The notes under the pieces are model-generated. The model saw nothing but the letters and a program-made list of their open reading frames with translations, was not told the origin of the DNA and searched no databases. A program made the translations under genes and the position numbers. A stretch of 64,000 nt of DNA from Pirellulales bacterium (GTDB lineage: Bacteria; Planctomycetota; Planctomycetia; Pirellulales; PALSA-1355): NCBI GenBank assembly GCA_963733035.1, contig CAVTBU010000005.1, forward strand, positions 1,536,001-1,600,000, read 5' to 3'. Each line of letters starts with the position of its first letter. Positions within the stretch are counted from its first letter, which is position 1. This document shows positions 39,983 to 46,519 of this stretch, one piece after another.

Positions 39983-40014
39983 TTTAGGCCGGCAAACCCG
40001 GGAACCTGACAAAA
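39983..40014 (-). promoter_or_regulatory. Class B motif
   Basis: TTTTGTCAGG...GGCCTAAAG; spacer 19 bp. Confidence 0.55.
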
Positions 40015-40182
40015 GATTGGCCTTTCTGCGATCATATCCATCAGAGATTGGCAAGGCGTCCGAGCAGCGACTTGGCGAAACGACTGCCCGGCGAGGAAAA
40101 AGTGCACTAGGACGCGAAAACCGGGCGAAAAGCGATTCGGCAGTAGCGACCAGTCCGCTCGGCAATCCATTGTTCCAAAGGT

Positions 40183-40199
40183 CTGACAGTTTCTGTCAG
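40183..40199. promoter_or_regulatory. Perfect palindrome CTGACAG-TTT-CTGTCAG (TGAC-N7-GTCA operator candidate)
   Basis: Read directly; same half-site spacing as the class A palindromes. Confidence 0.55.
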
Positions 40200-40290
40200 G
40201 CCGAACGCAACCGATTGCTCTTAGAGTTGTGTTCGATCGGAGTACCATTTTACTGCAAGCGCTCGCTTTGCCAGAAGACGGAAACAGAAA

Positions 40291-40439
40291 AGCCGGAGCA
40301 GAACAAAGTCTGCCCCGGCTCATTGGATTCGCTCCGCGGCCAATTCCTAAACCGCTCGTTTGCGTCGTCGCCAGAAGCCGGCGCTGCCAATTGCCAAGCC
40401 GAGCATGGACCACACGACCAAGCTTGCCGGTTCGGGAAC
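40291..40439 (-). repeat. PEP-CTERM tail plus terminator cassette, copy 2
   Basis: Homologous to 38992-39140; minus-strand hairpin AGCCGGGGCAGA...TCTGCTCCGGCT followed by TTT. Confidence 0.8.
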
Positions 40440-40931
40440 AATCGACGCGTTTAGTGCTTCGGCCGTTGGAGTTGGCGATGCCCCGTTAGTGAAAGTCCAG
40501 TTATGTCCGCTCCAACTGGCGAGTGCGGAATCGACCAAGGTGCTACCCCGGTACGCGAACAGGTTGACCGAAAGGGGAGTGCTACTGGATCCGATGAACC
40601 AAAGATTGAAAGTGATATTCGTGGTTAGAGGTCCCTGTGCGATGCCCAGCGTACGATTGAGACCAACGCCAGCGGTGGGCTGGTCCGTCCAGCCAGCGAC
40701 TGAAATACTTCGAAATACCTGCGCTTCAAGCGGCCCGCCGGAGACGATTTGGGCGGCTATCATGTCGAAAGTTCCAACTCCACTCTCATTGATACCCTGG
40801 CCCCAACTGTTTCCCTCTATTGGGTCGCCAATTGCCGTGATCGAAGCTGAAGATTGCGAGATACCGACGGTGAGGATTAGCGCCACCGTTGTAAATCGCA
40901 CAATTCGCACGAAAAGATCGCTCGTTCGCAT
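40347..40931 (-). CDS. PEP-CTERM protein 5 (Trp tail)
   Basis: ATG at 40931, signal peptide ending SSA, tail VPEPASLVVWSML...WRRRKR. Confidence 0.9.
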   Translation of the reverse strand: MRTSDLFVRIVRFTTVALILTVGISQSSASITAIGDPIEGNSWGQGINESGVGTFDMIAAQIVSGGPLEAQVFRSISVAGWTDQPTAGVGLNRTLGIAQGPLTTNITFNLWFIGSSSTPLSVNLFAYRGSTLVDSALASWSGHNWTFTNGASPTPTAEALNASIVPEPASLVVWSMLGLAIGSAGFWRRRKRAV

Positions 40932-40987
40932 TACATCGCTCCGGCGGTGTGTCTCTTGAATGTGCTGGAAGACTTTTTCTAACTGTA

Positions 40988-41023
40988 TATAGGCCGACGG
41001 CGGACGATCACTGACAAAGAAAA
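40988..41023 (-). promoter_or_regulatory. Class B motif
   Basis: TTTTCTTTGTCAG...GGCCTATAT; spacer 19 bp. Confidence 0.6.
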
Positions 41024-41540
41024 TCGCAACGGCTAGATCGAGGATTCGCCCCGGAAGAAGGCACCGTTGACACGAATTGACATGGTCCTGTGACGCTACC
41101 GCACACGCTCGTCCTGTTGACCTAACGTTGAGAACGGGCAAAAATCGTAACGGTTGAAGTCGTAGCATCACGAGCGACCGCGTGATCGACTCGCTGGTCG
41201 AATTACTCGCCGATGCGTGGCAGGCTCCAGCAAATTCGCAGCGGCAACGGTCCGGAGTCTATCGCCGTCTTGATTCGTCGCTGGCTCGGCCGAGGTGGAC
41301 GTTGAGCGCTGCACATCATGCTGCTGGGAAGGCCGCTGTCCAGGGCCGTCTCGATAGCTGCCCGGAATCTTGCGCCCGAGTTTTGCGCCGTCGGTCGACG
41401 GCAATTCCTGGCATCATTCGTGCCAGTCACCGCCTCAGCCTTGGCCCCCCCTTGACGGCGGCAATATACCGATGCTGCGCTGACCCCTGGCTGCCACCTT
41501 ATGACCTTCACCAGGAGCCGATCCGGCCTTACCGGATGCC

Positions 41541-42407
41541 TTAGTTGAAATAGCCGATTCCACAGACCAAGGGCCCCTGCTTACGCGTGCCCCTCGTGCA
41601 AAATCCAAGTGCTTCATCAACACGTGCTACTTCGGCTTCGTACCGGTTTTGTTGCTGCGACGCGCAGAGGTAACCCAGCAAACTCAGGCTTCCGAAACTG
41701 AGCAGCATAATCGAAGACGGCTCCGGAACGATTTGAGCCAGTCCGGTGAGCACAGCGATATCCCCGCCGCCAGAAAGCGAGAATCCTAGGGTCAGTGACA
41801 TGTTCATCCAAGCACCCACGGGACCCGCCTGGGGGCCTGCCGTGTAGGAGCCGTACGTGTAGAAAGCACCAGGGGACGCGGCGCCATGTGCGTTGGCCGG
41901 GCCAACGTCGACACCCATGTTTGTCAACGGAAGTGACAAGTCAGCAATTTGAATGTTTGGGCCAAGAGTCGGCGTAATGGAAACGCCGTTTCCGTTCACA
42001 TCGTTCAAGGCACCCGCGATCGAGGCATTCACGCTGTTCGCCGTTGGTGGAAATGCGATCGGCGTTGAGAAAAAGAATCCAAAAGCGCTGGGCGCTCCCA
42101 AATCTTGCACCGAGATTCCGTAGCTGATTTGTGGATCAGGATCGAGCTCGCCACTAATGCTTGCCGAGAATTCGCTATTCGAAAGATCGACACCAGAAAA
42201 CTGATTTGTATTCGGGTCGAACGTTCCCGCGCCCCAGTGGCCGCTGCCGGGATCGAATGCCAGCGGAATCACAAAGTCCTGCCCGTCGACCGACAGAGTT
42301 GCACTGGGTGTCACTTGAACTGGCACCGCTTGGCTGGCGCTGGACCCCAGAACAAGCGCAAAGATGAAAGCCATGCAAACGACGAGAAGTCGATTTCGTA
42401 GTGACAT
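41541..42407 (-). CDS. PEP-CTERM protein 6 (non-Trp tail; probable frameshift in the basic tail, true stop probably 41627)
   Basis: Signal peptide; VPEPSSIMLLSFGSLSLLGY. Removing one base gives the basic tail ARRSNKTGTKPK*. Confidence 0.85.
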   Translation of the reverse strand: MSLRNRLLVVCMAFIFALVLGSSASQAVPVQVTPSATLSVDGQDFVIPLAFDPGSGHWGAGTFDPNTNQFSGVDLSNSEFSASISGELDPDPQISYGISVQDLGAPSAFGFFFSTPIAFPPTANSVNASIAGALNDVNGNGVSITPTLGPNIQIADLSLPLTNMGVDVGPANAHGAASPGAFYTYGSYTAGPQAGPVGAWMNMSLTLGFSLSGGGDIAVLTGLAQIVPEPSSIMLLSFGSLSLLGYLCASQQQNRYEAEVARVDEALGFCTRGTRKQGPLVCGIGYFN

Positions 42408-42594
42408 CACGAGCTGCTCTCCATTGCACCTTGTCTCGCCGCGACGAGCCAAGCTGGTCGGTTAATCTCAGCGTAAAGGACAAGAACACGGCCTACAACT
42501 GCGACAACTGGTTCAGCGTTTTCCTTGCGGCTTATATGCGGCAGCAAGCTATCCGCACAGACGCGAAAAACGAAAAACGTTCGCAACCAGCGGT

Positions 42595-42668
42595 AGCCTA
42601 GCAATCCAGTCGACAACCGTCAATCAAAATCAAAAGAAATCGCGAACTTATGATGACAGATGCCGTCA
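42595..42668 (-). promoter_or_regulatory. Class A: sigma70 promoter plus TGAC-N7-GTCA palindrome
   Basis: TTGACG (42623-18)-N17-TAGGCT (42600-595); palindrome at 42654-42668, 30 bp upstream of the -35. Confidence 0.72.
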
Positions 42669-42945
42669 TAGTAGCGTCGCAATTCGGTACTCAACTCGCG
42701 TGGCCGGCATCCCCGTGCCGCGCGGTGACATGGTCCATTGAACTTGGTGCTGGATATTCAGACTTGGCAGTCTACCTTCCGCCTATCACATTTAAGCTGC
42801 CGGTATGCGATCCTTGATAGCCGTGCAGCAAGAGGCTCAGAAAGCGATGCGATTGACGGGACAACAGACAGCGAATCGAAATAAGTCGGCCAGGGCAAAA
42901 CCTGGTGTTTGATCGAGACCGATCGCAGTTGTCTAGCCGGCCGTT

Positions 42946-43710
42946 CTACGCGATGCGCTTTCTTCGTCGGAATACCAGCAGGGCGAGCATGCCGAATAAC
43001 GCCAGCGCGATGCTGGTGGGCTCCGGGACGATAATTCCGAGCGATCCAGTGCCGGCGACATTGCCGGTACCAGCAGCGTGAAAGCCGGTGAGGTAGCCGC
43101 CGGCCGAGGTGACGCCCGTCAGGTTGGCGCTGGACATCGCGATCGTGATCGGCTGCGAGGGATCCCATTCCAAGTTGAACGGCAAATTCTGCGCGAACAG
43201 ATCGGTGGCGAAGCCGGCCACGGAGATCGCGATCTGGTTGCCCGTGTAGAAGAACTGCATGGTGTCGATGTTGAGTGCCAGACCCCAGCCAGGGGTCTGG
43301 TTTTCGGTCAGCAGATCGACGCCAAAAGCACCACCGTTGCCGGCGCTGTTGACGATGCTGCCGCCCGCCGCCGGAATGTTGAGCACGTCTTTGATGTAGA
43401 TGTCCGCAAAGACGTCGGTCGTTTCGGTTCCGACCAGCGTGCCGTCGAGGTAAAAGTTCATCGACGTCAGGGCATCGGACTGGGCCGGGTCGCCGATGCC
43501 CAGCGTATTGTGCGTCCCGGCATCGAAAATACTCGTACCGTCGTAATCGAGATTGAGACCGGTGAACTGGACCTCAAGCGTGCCGGCGCTGGCAGGACGG
43601 AAAGACAACAGAATCAGCGCGCATGCAGCGAAGCTCAAGCCAAGCTTCGCAAAACAACAATTCTTTCGCAGCACAGCAAGCCGCAAAGAGACATGATTCT
43701 TGGCATGCAT
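42946..43710 (-). CDS. PEP-CTERM protein 7 (non-Trp tail)
   Basis: Signal peptide ending ASA; tail VPEPTSIALALFGMLALLVFRRRKRIA. Confidence 0.9.
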   Translation of the reverse strand: MHAKNHVSLRLAVLRKNCCFAKLGLSFAACALILLSFRPASAGTLEVQFTGLNLDYDGTSIFDAGTHNTLGIGDPAQSDALTSMNFYLDGTLVGTETTDVFADIYIKDVLNIPAAGGSIVNSAGNGGAFGVDLLTENQTPGWGLALNIDTMQFFYTGNQIAISVAGFATDLFAQNLPFNLEWDPSQPITIAMSSANLTGVTSAGGYLTGFHAAGTGNVAGTGSLGIIVPEPTSIALALFGMLALLVFRRRKRIA

Positions 43711-43775
43711 GAAGCTACTCCAAAGTGGCTCAGCAAAGTGTTCGCGCGGACGCAGCGATGTTGACAACGAGCAGT

Positions 43776-43849
43776 AGCCTAAGTTCCCCCAGAGTGATTG
43801 TCAACCAAATTCAACAGAAATCGCGAACAAAGTGTGACAGGCATCGTCA
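43776..43849 (-). promoter_or_regulatory. Class A: sigma70 promoter plus TGAC-N7-GTCA palindrome
   Basis: TTGACA (43804-799)-N17-TAGGCT (43781-76); palindrome at 43835-43849, 30 bp upstream of the -35. Confidence 0.75.
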
Positions 43850-44156
43850 TAGTTCAGTGGCGTTACTGATTTGACGCTTGCGCGGCTCGATCCATCCAAT
43901 TCCTTTTGGACCTCAGGCCAGGCATTGCTTTCACTCCTCTCGCCGGCTTTTATCGGCCCGGAAGAAAGCCAAATCGCCACACTGCGATTTCGTTTCGAAC
44001 TACTCAAAAACCGCAAAATCACGGCATGTCATCAGTCGGTAATTTCCTTTCTGCACGCGAAGACGCGCACCGGAGGTTAACAAAACGAAAAGCTTTGTGC
44101 ACGAAGCCTTTATGTGAAAGGATATCGGCATCAGTCAGGTCTCCCCGAATTGCAGA

Positions 44157-44191
44157 TTTTTTGTCAGGCGGGCCTCATCGGGGGCCTATAG
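44157..44191 (+). promoter_or_regulatory. Class B motif
   Basis: TTTTTTGTCAGG...GGCCTATAG; spacer 19 bp. Confidence 0.6.
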
Positions 44192-44240
44192 AGGGTTAAG
44201 AAGCATTGTATGGAGTCCAACATCCGGCTGGGAGCCGACT

Positions 44241-44804
44241 TTGAAACCGCATATTTTCGCTCTCTGGGCGTTTGCGATCGTGGGCAGTACTTGCTGCCGA
44301 GCGGCGATTGTGCCGCTTTCGGGCGGCCCGGTGCGGATAGCGCTCGTTGACGTGACGTCCATCTCAGGCTCAGAGAATGCTGGGTCGGCGCTTGCCAATG
44401 CGACGCTCGTTGATATTTTTTATGCCGAAGCGTCACAAGGCGAGGCGCAACTCACCGCGGGCATGCAGGTGTGGGTGTACAATAATTTCGGTCAGCAGGT
44501 TGGCACCGGCATCATCGTTCCCCGCCCAGACACACATGACGAGCGGAACCAGTTGGGTATCTTCGGCAAGTCCCCCTTGCCCAGCAGTTACTTCGAAAGT
44601 TTCCTGAGTTTGCTGACCTCGGCCGCTCCCGCGACAGGCGGTTCTGCCCCGCAGAGCCCGTTGATTGCTGCCGGTCCGTATGCGATTTCGGCCACGCCAC
44701 TCGCTGCTACCGTGCCAGAACCGGGCAGCTTGATGATCTGGTCTTCTCTGATCGCGAGCATCGGCGTGTTGAGCGCCCTAGTCCGCCGCCGACTTCGCCG
44801 CTGA
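44241..44804 (+). CDS. PEP-CTERM protein 8 (Trp tail)
   Basis: TTG start after GGAG; signal peptide; tail VPEPGSLMIWSSL...RRRLRR. Confidence 0.85.
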   Translation: MKPHIFALWAFAIVGSTCCRAAIVPLSGGPVRIALVDVTSISGSENAGSALANATLVDIFYAEASQGEAQLTAGMQVWVYNNFGQQVGTGIIVPRPDTHDERNQLGIFGKSPLPSSYFESFLSLLTSAAPATGGSAPQSPLIAAGPYAISATPLAATVPEPGSLMIWSSLIASIGVLSALVRRRLRR

Positions 44805-44864
44805 AATCAGCATCGGCTTGCCGTGAACTGAAAGAAGCCAGCCGTTTGGCGGTTTCGCGCTCCG

Positions 44865-45428
44865 TGGCCGTCGCTTCGCTGGTGGTCTTGGCCTGCCGGA
44901 TGCCGAGGATCTGGGCGATGACACGGCTCACTTCGGCCGGCGGGTAGAACTGTCCCTTGCTCTTGCCACTTTCGGTGGCGAAGTGCCACATCAGGTACTC
45001 GTAAGCGTCGCCCAGAATATCGTCGCCTTCGGCGCGATTTTTGGAGAAGTCGAGGACCTTGTTCTCGAAGATAGCGATCAGGTTGGTGAGCCGATCGACC
45101 ATCTCCTTCCCGCTACCCAGTTTCGTGGCATCGTTAAAGTCCGGCACGTTGGACAGCTGATTGGCCGCGGCCAGAGGGGCGATGATCTTCTTGTTGATCT
45201 GGTCGCCAATGTCGCTTCTTGCCCTTGAGCGCCACCATGTCCTTGAAACTGGCCCCTTTCGGGATCGTGATCGGGGCATACGGCTGGCCTGCGTACTTAT
45301 CGCTGATGTACTTCACGAACAACAGCACCAGCAAATAGTCCTTGTACTGGCTGGCGTCCATGCCCCCGCGCAGCTCATCGCACGAAGCCCAAAGATGAAG
45401 AGTAAAGCTCGGATTTCTTCAGGGCCAT
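44865..45428 (-). pseudogene. hsdM: Truncated, frameshifted type I R-M methyltransferase N-terminus
   Basis: MALKKSELYS / LWASCDELRGGMDASQYKDY...ILGDAYEYLM.HFATESGKSKGQFY. Two frameshifts; ends before the SAM-binding motif. Confidence 0.88.
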
Positions 45429-46165
45429 TGAGCGGGCTTTCCTGGCTAGGGATGGAGGAGACCACCTAGTTTAGCGGCCAAACAGGCGGGGAAATAGTGA
45501 TCGAAGGAGTGACGGCGAGCGGGCCCCTAAGAAGTCCTCCAGTTCGCCGCGATTTTCAAATCTCGGGCTCGTATTGATGTCGTATTTTCGACGTTCAAGC
45601 GCGATGTGAGTCGTGCCAGCGCCGTGCAACGACTGTCTGACGCGGACCAGTCTGGCTCGATCAGCCGCTGGTAAAATGCGCAAGAGAGACAGCTCCGAGC
45701 CACGCTAGACAAGTGGTGGAACATGCAGTCATATGGATTTTCGGGCTGGATTTACATGCTGGATCAGAGGAGGCGCGCGAAATTTGACTTTGAGAGTGCG
45801 CGGTCGTTAGATTGGCATTTGTGTCGAGAAATGACCGGTTTCGGCCTAACATATCCGGCGTTGCTCGTCATGGGATAGCCGCGTCTTATCGCGACCGCGA
45901 TAGGCACGGTTCCGTCGAGTTTTTGGTTAGACGTATCCAGAGCACTGCCGACGAGAGGCCTGAATACGTTACGGCTGTTGATTGACCGCGTATCACCTTG
46001 TGGTGACAAACACCAAGAAACTCCGACCGAAGCTGCAGTAGAGATAATCCAGAGCGCCGCTGATACCAAGGGGCCTGGACGAGTTGCGACGGCATTTCGC
46101 CTGCGCAGTTCGCCCAGGCCCCTTTTTTTTGATAAAGCCACCTTCACCACCTAGGAGACGATTAG

Positions 46166-46444
46166 ATGAACCAATCCGCCAATGAAACGCAGATTTCGCT
46201 AAATGAAACGCAGGCGTCGCTCCTCGACGTCAAAGCCCTTGCGAAACTGCTTCACTGTTCACCCAGGCACATACGTCGGCTGGTCGAGTTGGGTCGGATG
46301 CCGAAGCCAGTTCGCCTCGGTACTCTTGTTCGGTGGCCAAGGCCGGCGATTGAAGCCTGGATCGGCGAAGGATGCGAGCCGGTCCGAAAAGCCAATCCGA
46401 AAAGCACCAAGGTATCGGACGTCAATAAATCGACTGCGACATGA
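46166..46444 (+). CDS. AlpA/excisionase-like HTH protein
   Basis: LLDVKALAKLL..SPRHIRRL...GRMPKPVRLG.LVRW....IEAWI. Confidence 0.85.
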   Translation: MNQSANETQISLNETQASLLDVKALAKLLHCSPRHIRRLVELGRMPKPVRLGTLVRWPRPAIEAWIGEGCEPVRKANPKSTKVSDVNKSTAT

Positions 46445-46519
46445 CATCTACTGCCGCTTACCGTGTTGTTCGCGAATTACAAGGACCGTTAATTCAATCC
46501 AGGAAAGGAGTCCGCTGCT

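Noticed and set aside
41170..41540. Possible gene remnant between PEP-CTERM genes 5 and 6
   Set aside because: Short ORFs in several frames with no recognisable motif.
33720..44240. Sigma54 (-24/-12) promoters expected for PEP-CTERM genes
   Set aside because: No convincing TGGCAC-N5-TTGC was found by eye upstream of these genes.
45470..46150. Distal att site or small genes left of alpA
   Set aside because: No copy of the tRNA 3' end was seen and the ORFs are unsupported.
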